From: Balanoglossus misakiensis
Taxonomy: Eukaryota > Animalia > Hemichordata
Direction: 5' to 3'
Assembly: GCA_040954595.2 (NCBI GenBank)
Contig: CM082582.2
Span: 496,001-560,000 of the forward strand
DNA: 64,000 bases
This document shows, one piece after another, positions 24,001 to 37,379 of the stretch. Every line of letters begins with the position of its first letter. Position 1 is the first letter of the stretch. The translations under genes and the position numbers were made by a program. A model generated the notes under the pieces. That model had not been told where the DNA came from, did no database searches, and saw nothing but the letters and a program-made list of their open reading frames with translations.

Positions 24001-24099
24001 CTGTCTATAAGAAGCATATACAGTCTGTCACAGTTCAAGTCACAACTACGTAACTTTTTTCACACTAAATTTATAAATGAAGGTTCATCACTTGATTAG
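21085..24099 (+). CDS. LINE ORF2: apurinic-like endonuclease plus reverse transcriptase (start codon unclear)
   Basis: GFWNIQHL, LSET, GIYRPP, GDFN, LLDH, SDH; NYRPISILP, QSGFR, DLCKAFD, PQGSILGP, FADD. The frame is open from 21085, upstream of the TTG called at 21271. Confidence 0.95.
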   Translation, partial: EAGHDECAENTTSHGDITSTSPKPHVDPTANSSSHPFHDLTTSKGIRIGFWNIQHLTNKIDELRLKLNNNIKPFDVLILSETFLSDLHCDADFIINGYESCRKDRSTGPGGGLLAYVNSNFTFKRRHDLENCNTEVIIIELSINYARPIFVIGIYRPPSSTLSVDKVIESIIESVYLENKEMIVLGDFNFNLLSPNGRNSYLYKCMESMNFSQLVTTVTRPISGTLLDHIYVNSPSNISRTCIPKVGLSDHYPVCVIRRYHANNCNTGSHIYVTSRHFRNFHANSFIDDLNSAFESYCHTDDVNTAFMDWATFFNDICNTHAPRVVRRVKRLRQPPWFSSEILELIHVRDFHLDKAVRSNSHDDWSMYRTLRNKVVHFITTEKRRYYRSIFSANSSNPTVVWRTVHDILSNDNACSQSPRITSNNRTLSNHKDIADAFNDYFTSIVVEYRQSLPGHSDLAITKTWVNSQMSPNLPSFQLPQIPFNFVMEQLASLDATKSHGFDNVSPKLLKIGANSIAGRITNMFNLSITNGTFPDCFKCARVVPIHKNGPKHVISNYRPISILPALSKILERHVYNSLYTYLQNNKLIMSSQSGFRRFHSCNTALLKLTDQLLRNIDNGLYNGLMYLDLCKAFDLVDHDILLRKLSIYGVNDVSLKWFRSYLSNRCQFVSYMGEESKTLPVVCGFPQGSILGPLLFLIFINDLPLSLSMGNIDMFADDQTLCVSGISINEVGTKLQEDVLPISTWVSNNAMSINTTKTKWMIVASRPKVNNVSEHSVTPNIRINNTCISCVSSHTLLGIEIDNALTWDTHIDNLSRKLSMRIGVLRKLRPLTPRHTLMLVYNAIFLSIIDYCCTVWGNTSKTNLQRIYKLQKRAGRVILGVDITFPSRSLLTTLHWLPIDIRIEYFIAVQTFKILHGLAPDYLNEFSYVSEMYNFTTRSVSNANLYVPTFKTATGQRSFMYRATNIWNNIPLSIRSIYSLSQFKSQLRNFFHTKFINEGSSLD

Positions 24100-24241
24100 A
24101 TTTCATGAATGTTTCCGCCATTGCGACTTGATTTGATTTTTTCAGTGTTTTTTTTTTCCTTGTTGTATTCATTCTCATTTTGCCTTTGAGGGCTCTGTTG
24201 TATATTACAATTCTACTTTGTAACACAGACTACCCTCTTTA

Positions 24242-24274
24242 AATAAAGCATAATAATAATAATAATAATAATAA
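24242..24274 (+). terminator. AATAAA followed by (TAA)8 LINE 3' tail
   Basis: aataaagca then taataataataataataataataa. Confidence 0.85.
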
Positions 24275-25867
24275 ACACCGACGTTAGTTGGGGGCACGGC
24301 CTGCAGTACTGCCGGGTAAGCTGACATCGGCGTACCGCATATAATGTAGGGGGGGGGGGGGACAGAACGGTTCAATACTACATTTATTAGATATCAGCTA
24401 ATTTTGGACAATCATCTAAAATCTAAATCATTTTTTCATATTTGGTTATCTGATGATGTATGAAATTTCCATTATATGTAAAAATGGTGCTGATTATAAA
24501 AAATGCACTCTGAATGATCTGATTTAATACAAAATTGCGTTTTATTCGTTTTTGCACCAAAAAGGTCATTTTTAGGCAAAACATTCTTTATTTTTTTAAT
24601 TCGGTGACCTGATCATATATAAACAATTGCTTGTATGTTAAAAGTTTTTATGACTTTTAAAAGCAGTGACACTGGCGGCATTCAACACGAAAATAACAAT
24701 TTTAGCCACAATTTGGTCAAAATGGTAAATTTTTGAAAATTACAAAAATACCTGTTTTCTACATTTTTGGAAATCTGATGGAGTATAGAATGCTCTTCGT
24801 ATATATATATCGATACAAATTCCACAAAAAACGGCTAATTTGGCTCACTGCAGACAAAATTGCGTTTTACCAAATTTTCCTTGAAAATGTCATTTTTAGA
24901 AAAAAAAATAAAAAAACCTTTGTTTTTCGAATTTGGTGCCCTGATCATATATGACATGTTGATTATATGTTAAAACTTTCGACCACTCCAAAAATGCAGA
25001 GATATTGACGGAATTCAAGAAAAAATAGCCATTTTGGCCATATTTTGACAAAAATGGTAAATTTTTAAAAAATCATAAAAAATTAACTCTTTTCTTCATT
25101 TTCGGAAATATTATGGATAATGAAGTGTCGTTCTTTTGTAAAAAGTGCTGCAAATTCCAGAAAACGCGGTATAAATTGAATCACCCAAGACAAAATTACC
25201 ATTTTCGACTTTTTTTCGAAAAATTGTCTTTTTTACAAAATAAATAAGAATAAATTCTTTTCTTAGTTTCAAACGGGTAGAGATACTTTCCACACGGGTT
25301 TTCTTACATTGAATTCCCGTTCATCAACTCAGATTTCCTACAGCATAAGTCGGCTAAAACCCCGGCACTCTAGAGCAGAAACACGCGTACAGAGATCACG
25401 TTGATCAAGTCTGATCTCCTACGGCTTGGCTCGACTAAAACCCCGGCACACTATGACAGACACTAGCGTTCGTTAGCAACGTTGATCAAGTCAGATTTCC
25501 TACGGCATGGCTTGGCTAAAGCCCTGGCACTCTAGAGCAGAAACACGCGTACAGAGACCACGTTGATCTACTCACATTTCCTTCGGCCTGGCACGGCTGA
25601 TGCCCCGGCACTATATATAGGACACAGACTGGCGTAAGTTAACAACGGTAATCACGTCGGGTTTCCTACGGCCTGGCTCAGCTGAAGCCCCGGCACTCTA
25701 GAGCAGAAACAGGCGTACATTGACCACGTTGATCAAGTCAGATTTCCTACGGCGTGACTCGGCTGGTGCACCGGCTCTATATGACACAGACTGGCGTAAG
25801 TTATCAACGGTGATTACGTCGGATTTCCTACTGCCTGGTTTAGCTGAAGCCCCGGCACTTTAGAGCG
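24273..25867 (-). repeat. Macrosatellite, inverted block (part b)
   Basis: Continues exactly from 18894; lacks two 81-mers at about 25360. Confidence 0.97.
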
Positions 25868-26794
25868 AGACGTTCTTTGCCGAGTAGGATGCTGTCAGAC
25901 AACGCATCGACTTATTTATCGGCTGCCAATGAAATCAAAACACTGTTTGATACGCCAGATGTAAATGACTTTCTCGCCGCACATCGTGTACAATGGACGT
26001 TTATACCGAAGCGCGCGACCTGGTTTGGTGGCTTCTGGGAGAGGCTGATTGCTTTGACAAAGAACGCTATTAGGAAAACTCTCGGTCGAGCTAACCTAAC
26101 CTTTGATGAACTCGCAACAGTTGTGACTGAAATTGAAGCCGTTTTAAACGACAGGCCGTTAACGTACGTGTCATCCAGTATAAACGACAACATTGGATTG
26201 ACCCCAAATCACTTGCTACATGGCAGGACACTGACATCATTGCCGTACATCGAGATCACCGACGAAGAGGTGATTGACCCATCTTACTGTGATAATCGTG
26301 AAATCAACAAAAGATATGAACATCTATCAAGATTACACGATCAATTTTGGCGAAGATGGTCGTCCGATTATCTGACTGCCCTACGTGAACGACATCCCAC
26401 CAAAGGAACTCGTGATAATGTCATCAAGGTCGGAGATGTCGTGATAATACACAGTGACACTGACAAACGTCCGAAATGGCATTTAGGAACTGTAACAAGG
26501 TTGATCTTCGGTAATGATAAACTGGTACGATCTGCGGAGTTGAACACCGCAGGTGGTCCTACAAACCGACCTATCCATAAATTGTACCCATTGGAAGTTG
26601 TCTCCAAGGAGCTGTCAACTGTGTCTGGAGATAATACAGGTATTGGAGCAGATTCCAACACGAATACTGAAACAGTCGACACAGCTGGAGCCTCTGAAGA
26701 TTCCTCGGTGAAGGCGGATGTTGTACCCCCGAGACGACCTGTCAGAGACTCTGCAGTTGCCGCTCGAGTACGAATAGCGGATCTCTCTATTTGA
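25868..26794 (+). pseudogene. pol: BEL/Pao integrase, N-terminally truncated
   Basis: RRSLPSRMLSDNAS, WFGGFWERLI, EIEAVLNDRPLT, LTPNHLL, FWRRWSSDYL, RPIHKLYPLE. Confidence 0.92.
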
Positions 26795-26966
26795 CTTTGA
26801 AATTGGAAAACAATTTCGATCGCATTGTGACTGTTATCATGTTTACTGACACAATGAACATTAGTTTATTATCCTTGAACACTTTAGGTGACTTTAATCA
26901 TATTTCATGTTATTTGATGTTTTTTTTTCTGACGATTTTCGAGACTTTCCTTTGCGCGGGGGAGAA

Positions 26967-27300
26967 TATGGAGAAGTGAGAGATTTACTCCAGAAGGATC
27001 ACGTGACGGAAACTCTTACCCTATCAGAGTTGACTTTGTTTCCCGCCAAACTTTATACTTGTAGCAGATTTATTGTAATTTTTGAGTGTTTGCTCCGGCG
27101 TTCGTGGGACTTATATATAACCCAGTTTTGGCGCTTTCGGGCAGCATTTTCTAAGGAGCTCTGTGGTGTTACTTTGTTGTTGGATTCAGATGGTAATAAA
27201 CCAGTGTTTTACCTAGCACTGAATCGTTCGCTTCTTTTCCGACGTCAGTATACTCGAACCCCCTCCCGGGAGTATTGATCACTGCCACGATACTTCCACA
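26967..27300 (+). repeat. 3' LTR of BEL/Pao remnant 2 (about 334 bp)
   Basis: Starts TATGGAG (probably mutated from TGTGGAG) after the PPT and ends CTTCCACA, an imperfect inverted terminus; TATA-like at about 27112, AATAAA at 27195. Confidence 0.75.
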
Positions 27301-30300
27301 CAATTTGGTCAAAATTGTAAATTTTTGAAAATTACAAAAAATACCTGTTTTCTACATTTTCGGAAATCTGATGGAGTAAAGAATGCTCTTCGTATGTATA
27401 TATCGATACAAATTCCACAAAAGACCGTCTAATTTGGCTCACTGCAGACAAAATTGCGTTTTACCAAATTTTCCTTGAAAATGTCATTTTTAGAAAAAAT
27501 AAATAAAAAAACCTTTGTTCTTCGAATTTGGTGCCCTGATCATATATGACATGTTGATTGTATGTTAAAACTTTCGACCACTCCAAAAATGCAGATATAT
27601 TGACGGAATTCAAGAAAAAATAGCCATTTTGACCATATTTTGACAAAAATGGTAAATTTTTAAAAAATCATAAAAAAATAACTCTTTTCTTCATTTTCGG
27701 AAATATTATGGAGCATGAAGTGTCGTTCTCTTGCAAAAAGTGCTGCAAATTCCAGAAAAGGCGGTATAATTTGAATCACCCAAGACAAAATTACCATTTT
27801 CAACTTTTTTTGGAAAAATTGTCTTTTTTACAAAATAAATAAGAATAAATTCTTTTCTTAGTTTCAAACGGGTAGAGATACTTTCCACACGGGTTTTCTA
27901 ACATTGAATTCCCGTTCATCAACTCAGATTTCCTACAGCATAAGTCGGCTAAAACCCTGACACTCTAGAGCAGAAACAGTTGCACACTGGTAACGTTGAA
28001 CAAGTCGATTTTTCTACGGCCTGGCTCCGCTAAATGTCCGTCACAATATGACAGACACTAGCGTACGTTAGCAACGGTGATCAAGTCAGATTTTCTACGG
28101 CATGGCTTGGATAAAGCCCCGGCACTCTAGAGCAGAAAAACGCGTACAGAGACCACGTTGATCAAGTCTGATCTCCTACGGCTTGGCTCGACTGAAACCC
28201 CGGCACACTATGACAGACACTAGCGTTCGTTAGCAACGTTGATTAAGTCAGATTTCCTACGGCATGGCTTGGCCCTGGCACTCTAGAGCAGAAACACGCG
28301 TACAGAGACCACGTTGATCTACTCACATTTCCTTCGGCCTGGCACGGCTGATGCCCCGGCACTATATATAGGACACAGACTGGCGTAAGTTAACAACGGT
28401 AATCACGTCGGGTTTCCTACGGCCTGGCTCAGCTGAAGCCCCGGCACTCTAGAGCAGAAACATGCGTACATTGACCACGTTGATCAAGTCAGATTTCCTA
28501 TGGCGTGACTCGGCTGGTGCACCGGCTCTATATGACACAGACTGGCGTAAGTTATCAATGGTGATTACGTCGGATTTCCTACGGCCTGGTTTAGCTGAAG
28601 CCCCGGCACTTTAGAGCGGAAACACGCGTACATTGACCACGATGATCAAGTCAGATCTCCTACGGCCTGGCTCGACTAAAACCCCGGCACACCATGACAG
28701 ACACTAGCGTTCGTTAGCAACGGTGATCAAGTCGGATTTCCTTCGGCCTGGCTCTGCAAAAGACCCGACACTCTAGTACAAAGACGTTGGCTAAGTCGGG
28801 CAAACCGAAGAGGGAAAGTCACAGCGGGTCAACACTCGACATTTGTTCGGGTAGGACTGCATTATTGCCTGTCAATTTATAGAGAAAGCCCGAATTTAAC
28901 CAGGGCGCTTCAAACACCGACGTTAGTTGGGGGCACGGCCTGCAGTACTGCCGGGTAAGTTCACATCGGCGTACCGCATATAATGTAGGGGGGGAACAGA
29001 ACGGTTCAATACTACATTTATTAGATATCAGCTAATTTTGGACAATCATCTAAAATCTAAATCATTTTTTCATATTTGGATATCTGATGATGTATGAAAT
29101 TTCCATTATTTGTAAACATGGTGCTGATTATAAAAAATGCACTCTGAATGAGCTGATTTAATACAAAATTGCGTTTTATTCGTTTTTGCACCAAAAAGGT
29201 CATTTTTAGGCAAAACATTCTTTATTTTATTAATTCGGTGACCTGATCATATATAAACAATTGCTTGTATGTTAAAAGTTTTTATGACTTTTAAAAGCAA
29301 TGACACTGGCGGCATTCAACACGAAAATAACAATTTTAGCCACAATTTGGTCAAAATGGTAAATTTTTAAAAATTACAAAAAAATACCTGTTTTCTACAT
29401 TTTCGGTAATCTGATGGAGTATAGAATGCTCTTCGTATGTATATATCGATACAAATTCTAAAAAAAAAGACCGTCTAATTTGGCTCACTGCAGGCAAAAT
29501 TGCGTTTTACCAAATTTTCCTTGAAAATGTCACTTTTAGAAGAAAAAAAAATAAAAAAACCTTTGTTCTTCGAATTTGGTGCCCTGATCATATATGACAT
29601 GTTGATTGTATGTTAAAACTTTCGACCACTACAAAAATGCAGATATATTGACGGAATTCAAGAAAAAATAGCCTTTTTGGCCATATTTTGACAAAATGGT
29701 AAATTTTTAAAAAATCATAAAAAATAACTCTTTTCTTATTTTTTCGGAATATTATGGAGCATGAAGTGTCGTTCTCTTGTAAAAAGTGCTGCAAATTCCA
29801 GAAAAGGCGGTATAATTTAAATCACCCAAGACAAAATTACCATTTTCGACTTTTTTTCGAAAAATTGTCTTTTTTACAAAATAAATAAGAATAAATTCTT
29901 TTCTTAGTTTCAAACGGGTAGAGATACTTTCCACAAGGGTTTTCTAACATTGAATTCCCGTTCATCAACTCAGATTTCCTACAGCATAAGTCGGCTAAAA
30001 CCCTGACACTCTAGAGCAGAAACAGTTGCACACTGGTAACGTTGAACAAGTCGATTTTTCTATGGCCTGGCTCGGCTAAATCTCCGTCACAATATGACAG
30101 ACACTAGCGTACGTTAGCAACGGTGATCAAGTCAGATTTTCTACGGCATGGCTTAGATAAAGCCCCGGCACTCTAGAGCAGAAACACGCGTACAGAGACC
30201 ACGTTGATCAAGTCTGATCTCCTACGGCTTGGCTCGACTAAAACCCCGGCACACTATGACAGACACTAGCGTTCGTTAGCAACGTTGATCAAGTCAGATT

Positions 30301-33300
30301 TCCTACGGCATGGCTTGGCTAAAGCCCTGGCACTCTAGAGCAGAAACACGCGTACAGAGACCACGTTGATCTACTCACATTTCCTTCGGCCTGGCACGGC
30401 TGATGCCCCGGCACTATATATAGGACACAGACTGGCGTAAGTTAACAACGGTAATCACGTCGGGTTTCCTACGGCCTGGCTCAGCTGAAGCCCCGGCACT
30501 CTAGAGCAGAAACAGGCGTACATTGACCACGTTGATCAAGTCAGATTTCCTACGGCGTGACTCGGCTGGTGCACCGGCTCTATATGACACAGACAGGCGT
30601 AAGTTATCAACGGTGATTACGTCGGATTTCCTACGGCCTGGTTTAGCTGAAGCCCCGGCACTTTAGAGCGGAAACACGCGTACAAAAACCACGTTGATCT
30701 ACTCACATTTCCTTCGGCCTGGCACGGCTGATGCCCCGGCACTATATATAGGACACAGACTGGCGTAAGTTAACAACGGTAATCACGTCGGGTTTCCTGC
30801 GGCCTGGCTCAGCTGAAGCCCCGGTGCTCTAGAGCAGAAACAGGCGTACATTGACCACGTTGATCAAGTCAGATCTCCTACGGCCTGGCTCGACTAAAAC
30901 CCCGGCACACCATGACAGACACTAGCGTTCGTTAGCAACGGTGATCAAGTCGGATTTCCTTCGGCCTGGCTCTGCAAAAGACCCGACACTCTAGTACAAA
31001 GACGTTGGCTAAGTCGGGCAAACCGAAGAGGGAAAGTCACAGCGGGTCAACACTCGACATTTGTTCGGGTAGGACTGCATTATTGCCTGTCAATTTATAG
31101 AGAAAGCCCGAATTTAACCAGGGCGCTTCAAACACCGACGTTAGTTGGGGGCACGGCCTGCAGTACTGCCGGGTAAGTTCACATCGGCGTACCGCATATA
31201 ATGTAGGGGGGGGAACAGAACGGTTCAATACTACATTTATTAGATATCAGCTAATTTTGGACAATCATCTAAAATCTAAATCATTTTTTCATATTTGGAT
31301 ATCTGATGATGTATGAAATTTCCATTATTTGTAAACATGGTGCTGATTATAAAAAATGCACTCTGAATGAGCTGATTTAATACAAAATTGCGTTTTATTC
31401 GTTTTTGCACCAAAAAGGTCATTTTTAGGCAAAACATTCTTTATTTTATTAATTCGGTGACCTGATCATATATAAACAATTGCTTGTATGTTAAAAGTTT
31501 TTATGACTTTTAAAAGCAATGACACTGGCGGCATTCAACACGAAAATAACAATTTTAGCCACAATTTGGTCAAAATGGTAAATTTTTAAAAATTACAAAA
31601 AAATACCTGTTTTCTACATTTTCGGTAATCTGATGGAGTATAGAATGCTCTTCGTATGTATATATCGATACTAATTCTAAAAAAAAAGACCGTCTAATTT
31701 GGCTCACTGCAGGCAAAATTGCGTTTTACCAAATTTTCCTTGAAAATGTCACTTTTAGAAGAAAAAAAAATAAAAAAACCTTTGTTCTTCGAATTTGGTG
31801 CCCTGATCATATATGACATGTTGATTGTATGTTAAAACTTTCGACCACTACAAAAATGCAGATATATTGACGGAATTCAAGAAAAAATAGCCTTTTTGGC
31901 CATATTTTGACAAAATGGTAAATTTGTAAAAAATCATAAAAAATAACTCTTTTCTTATTTTTTCGGAATATTATGGAGCATGAAGTGTCGTTCTCTTGTA
32001 AAAAGTGCTGCAAATTCCAGAAAAGGCGGTATAATTTAAATCACCCAAGACAAAATTACCATTTTCGACTTTTTTTCGAAAAATTGTCTTTTTTACAAAA
32101 TAAATAAGAATAAATTCTTTTCTTAGTTTCAAACGGGTAGAGATACTTTCCACAAGGGTTTTCTAACATTGAATTCCCGTTCATCAACTCAGATTTCCTA
32201 CAGCATAAGTCGGCTAAAACCCTGACACTCTAGAGCAGAAACAGTTGCACACTGGTAACGTTGAACAAGTCGATTTTTCTATGGCCTGGCTCGGCTAAAT
32301 CTCCGTCACAATATGACAGACACTAGCGTACGTTAGCAACGGTGATCAAGTCAGATTTTCTACGGCATGGCTTAGATAAAGCCCCGGCACTCTAGAGCAG
32401 AAACACGCGTACAGAGACCACGTTGATCAAGTCTGATCTCCTACGGCTTGGCTCGACTAAAACCCCGGCACACTATGACAGACACTAGCGTTCGTTAGCA
32501 ACGTTGATCAAGTCAGATTTCCTACGGCATGGCTTGGCTAAAGCCCTGGCACTCTAGAGCAGAAACACGCGTACAGAGACCACGTTGATCTACTCACATT
32601 TCCTTCGGCCTGGCACGGCTGATGCCCCGGCACTATATATAGGACACAGACTGGCGTAAGTTAACAACGGTAATCACGTCGGGTTTCCTACGGCCTGGCT
32701 CAGCTGAAGCCCCGGCACTCTAGAGCAGAAACAGGCGTACATTGACCACGTTGATCAAGTCAGATTTCCTACGGCGTGACTCGGCTGGTGCACCGGCTCT
32801 ATATGACACAGACAGGCGTAAGTTATCAACGGTGATTACGTCGGATTTCCTACGGCCTGGTTTAGCTGAAGCCCCGGCACTTTAGAGCGGAAACACGCGT
32901 ACAAAAACCACGTTGATCTACTCACATTTCCTTCGGCCTGGCACGGCTGATGCCCCGGCACTATATATAGGACACAGACTGGCGTAAGTTAACAACGGTA
33001 ATCACGTCGGGTTTCCTGCGGCCTGGCTCAGCTGAAGCCCCGGTGCTCTAGAGCAGAAACAGGCGTACATTGACCACGTTGATCAAGTCAGATCTCCTAC
33101 GGCCTGGCTCGACTAAAACCCCGGCACACCATGACAGACACTAGCGTTCGTTAGCAACGGTGATCAAGTCGGATTTCCTTCGGCCTGGCTCTGCAAAAGA
33201 CCCGACACTCTAGTACAAAGACGTTGGCTAAGTCGGGCAAACCGAAGAGGGAAAGTCACAGCGGGTCAACACTCGACATTTGTTTGGGTAGGACTGCATT

Positions 33301-36300
33301 ATTGCCTGTCAATTTATAGAGGAAGCCCGAATTTAACCAGGGCGTTTCCAACACCGATGTTAGTTGGGGGCACGGCCTGCAGTACTGCCGGGTAAGCTGA
33401 CATCGGCGTACCGCATATAATGTAAGGGGGGGGGTGGGGGGGGGAACGGAACGGTTCAATACTACATTTATTAGATATCAGCTAATTTTGGACAATCATC
33501 TAAAATCTAAATCTTTTTTTCATATTTGGATATCTGATGATGTAGGAAATTTCCATTATATGTAAAAATGGTGCTGATTATAAAAAATGCACTCTGAATG
33601 AGCTGATTTAATACAAAATTGCGTTTTATTCGTTTTTGCACCAAAAAGGTCATTTTTAGGCAAAACATTCTTTATTTTTTTAATTCGGTGACCTGATCAT
33701 ATATAAACAATTGCTTGTATGTTAAAAGTTTTTATGACTTTTAAAAGCAGTGACACTGGCGGCATTCAACACGAAAATAACAATTTTAGCCACAATTTGG
33801 TCAAAATGGTAAATTTTTGAAAATTATAAAAAATACCTGTTTTCTACATTTTCGGAAATCTGATGGAGTATAGAATGCTCTTCGTATGTATATATCGATA
33901 CAAATTCCACAAAAGACCGTCTAATTTGGCTCACTGCAGACAAAATTGCGTTTTACCAAATTTTCCTTGAAAATGTCATTTTTAGAAAAAATAAATAAAA
34001 AAACCTTTGTTCTTCGAATTTGGTGCCCTGATCATATATGACATGTTGATTGTATGTTAAAACTTTCGACCACTCTAAAAATGCAGAGATATTGACGGAA
34101 TTCAAGAAAAAATAGCCATTTTGGCCATATTTTGACAAAAATGGTAAATTTTTAAAAAATCATAAAAAATTAACTCTTTTCTTCATTTTCGGAAATATTA
34201 TGGAGCATGAAGTGTCGTTCTCTTGTAAAAAGTGCTGCAAATTCCAGAAAAGGCGGTATAATTTGAATCACCCAAGACAAAATTACCATTTTCGACTTTT
34301 TTTCGAAAAATTGTCTTTTTTACAAAATAAATAAGAATAAATTCTTTTCTTAGTTTCAAACGGGTAGAGATACTTTCCACACGGGTTTCCTAACATTGAC
34401 TTCCCGTTCATCAACTCAGATTTCCTACAGCATAAGTCGGCTAAAACCCTGACACTATAGAGCAGAAACAGTTGCACACTGGAAACGTTGAACAAGTCGA
34501 TTTTTCTACGGCCTGGCTCGGCTAAATCTCCGTCACAATATGACAGACACTAGCGTACGTTAGCAACGGTGATCAAGTGAGATTTCCTACGGCATGGCTT
34601 GGCTAAAGCCCTGGCACTCTAGAGGAGAAACACGCGTACAGAGACCACGTTGATCTACTCACATTTCCTTCGGCCTGGCACGGCTGATGCCCCGGCACTA
34701 TATATAGGACACAGACTGGCGTAAGTTAACAACGGAAATCACGTCGGGTTTCCTACGGCCTGGCTCAGCTGAAGCCCCGGCACTCTAGAGCAGAAACACG
34801 CGTACAGAGACCACCTTGATCAAGTCTGATCTCCTACGGCTTGGCTCGACTAAAACCCCGGCACACTATGACAGACACTAGCGTTCGTTAGCAACGTTGA
34901 TCAAGTCAGATTTCCTACGGCTTGGCTTGGCTAAAACCCTGGCACTCTAGAGCAGGAACACGCGTACAGAGACCACGTTAATCTACTCACATTTCCTTCG
35001 GCCTGGCACGGCTGATGCCCCGGCACTATATATATGACACAGACTGGCGTAAGTTAACAACGGTAATCACGTCGGGTTTCCTACGGCCTGGCTCAGCTGA
35101 AGCCCCGGCACTCTAGAGCAGAAACAGGCGTACATTGACCACGTTGATCAAGTCAGATTTCCTACGGCCTGGCTCGACTAAAACCCCGGCACACCATGAC
35201 AGACACTAGCGTTCGTTAGCAACGGTGAACAAGTCGGATTTCCTTCGGCCTGGCTCTGCAAAAGACCCGACACTCTAGTACAAAGACGTTGGCTAAGTCG
35301 GGCAAACCGAAGAGGGAATGTCACAGCGGGTCAACACTCGACATTTGTTCGGGTAGGACTGCATTATTGCCTGTCAATTTATAGAGAAAGCCCGAATTTA
35401 ACCAGGGCGTTTCAAACACCGACGTTAGTTGGGGGCACGGCCTGCAGTACTGCCGGGTAAGCTGACATCAGCGTACCGCATATAATGTAAGGGGGGGGGG
35501 GACAGAACGGTTCAATACTACATTTATTAGATATCAGCTAATTTTGGACAATCATCTAAAATCTAAATCATTTTTTCATATTTGGATATCTGATGATGTA
35601 TGAAATTTCCATTTTATGTAAAAATGGTGCTGATTATAAAAAATGCACTCTGAATGAGCTGATTTAATACAAAATTGCGTTTTTGCACCAAAAAGGTAAT
35701 TTTTAGGCAAAACATTCTTTATTTTTTTTAATTCGGTGACCTGATCATATATAAACAATTGCTTGTATGTTAAACGTTTTTATGACTTTTAAAAGCAGTG
35801 ACACTGGCGGCATTCAACACGAAAATAACAATTTTAGCCACAATTTGGTCAAAATGGTAAATTTTTGAAAATTACAAAAAAGACCTGTTTTCTACATTTT
35901 CGGAAATCTGATGGAGTATAGAATGCTCTTCGTATGTATATATCGATACAAATTCCACAAAAGACCGTCTAATTTGGCTCACTGCAGACAAAAATGCTTT
36001 TTACCAAATTTTCCTTGAAAATGTCATTTTTAGAAAAAAAACTAAAAAAACCTTTGTTCTTCGAATTTGGTGCCCTGATCATATATGACATGTTGATTGT
36101 ATGTTAAAACTTTCGACCACTCCAAAAATGCAGAGATATTGACGGAATTCAATAAAAAATAGCCATTTTGGCCATATTTTGACAAAAAAGGTACATTTTT
36201 AAAAAATCATAAAAAATTAACTCTTTTCATCATTTTCGGAAATATTATGGAGCATGAAGTGTCGTTCTCTTGTAAAAAGTGCTGCAAATTGCAGAAAAGG

Positions 36301-37377
36301 CGGTATAATTTGAATCACCCAAGACAAAATTACCATTTTCGACTTTTTTTTCGAAAAATTGTCTTTTTTACAAAATAAATAAAAATAAATTCTTTTCTTA
36401 GTTTCAAACGGGTAGAGATACTTTCCACACGGATTTTCTAACATTGAATTCCCGTTCATCAACTCAGATTTCCTACAGCATAAGTCGGCTAAAATCCTGA
36501 CACTCTAGAGCAGAAACAGTTGCACACTGGTAACGTTGAACAAGTCGATTTTTCTACGGCCTGGCTCGGCTAAATCTTCGTCACAATATGACAGACACTA
36601 TCGTACGTTAGCAACGGTGATCAAGTCAGATTTTCTACGGCATGGCTTGGATAAAGCCCCGGCACTCTAGAGCAGAAACACGCGTACAGAGACCACGTTG
36701 ATCAAGTCTGATCTCCTACGGCTTGGCTCGACTAAAACCCCGGCACACTATGATAGACACTAGAGTTCGTTAGCAACGTTGATCAAGTCAGATTTCCTAC
36801 GGCATGGCTTGGCTAAAGCCCTGGCACTCTAGAGCAGAAACACGCGTACAAAAACCACGTTGATCTACTCACATTTCCTTCGACCTGGCACGGCTGATGC
36901 CCCGGCACTATATATAGGACACAGACTGGCGTAAGTTAACAACGGTAATCACGTCGGGTTTCCTACGGCCTGGCTCAGCTGAAGCCCCGGCGCTCTAGAG
37001 CAGAAACAGGCGTACATTGACCACGTTGATCAAGTCAGATTTCCTACGGCGTGACTCGGCTGGTGCACCGGCTCTATATGACACAGACTGGCGTAAGTTA
37101 TCAACGGTGATTACGTCGGATTTCCTACGGCCTGGTTTAGCTGAAGCCCCGGCACTTTAGAGCGGAAACACGCGTACATTGACCACGATGATCAAGTCAG
37201 ATCTCCTACGGCCTGGCTCGACTAAAACCCCGGCACACCATGACAGACACTAGCGTTCGTTAGCAACGGTGATCAAGTCGGATTACCTTCGGCCTGGCTC
37301 TGCAAAAGACCCGACACTCTAGTACAAAGACGTTGGCTAAGTCGGGCAAACCGAACAGGGAAAGTCACAGCGGGTCA
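27301..37377 (-). repeat. Macrosatellite, inverted block (part c, about 5 monomers)
   Basis: Poly-G markers near 28988, 31206, 33426 and 35491. Confidence 0.97.
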
Positions 37378-37379
37378 TT

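Larger units (their letters stand above)
18895..24272 (+). mobile_element. Probably full-length non-LTR retrotransposon, CR1/L2 group (exact clade not resolved)
   Basis: 5' UTR, ORF1 (PHD, esterase, CCHC), ORF2 (APE-RT with no C-terminal CCHC), AATAAA and (TAA)n tail. The satellite is split as gggcgtttc | aaacaccgac with no TSD. Confidence 0.95.
25868..27300 (+). mobile_element. BEL/Pao LTR retrotransposon remnant 2 (3' part of integrase, PPT, 3' LTR)
   Basis: Integrase motifs, PPT gggggagaa at about 26958-26966, LTR ending CTTCCACA. Its LTR is dissimilar to that of remnant 1. Confidence 0.93.
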
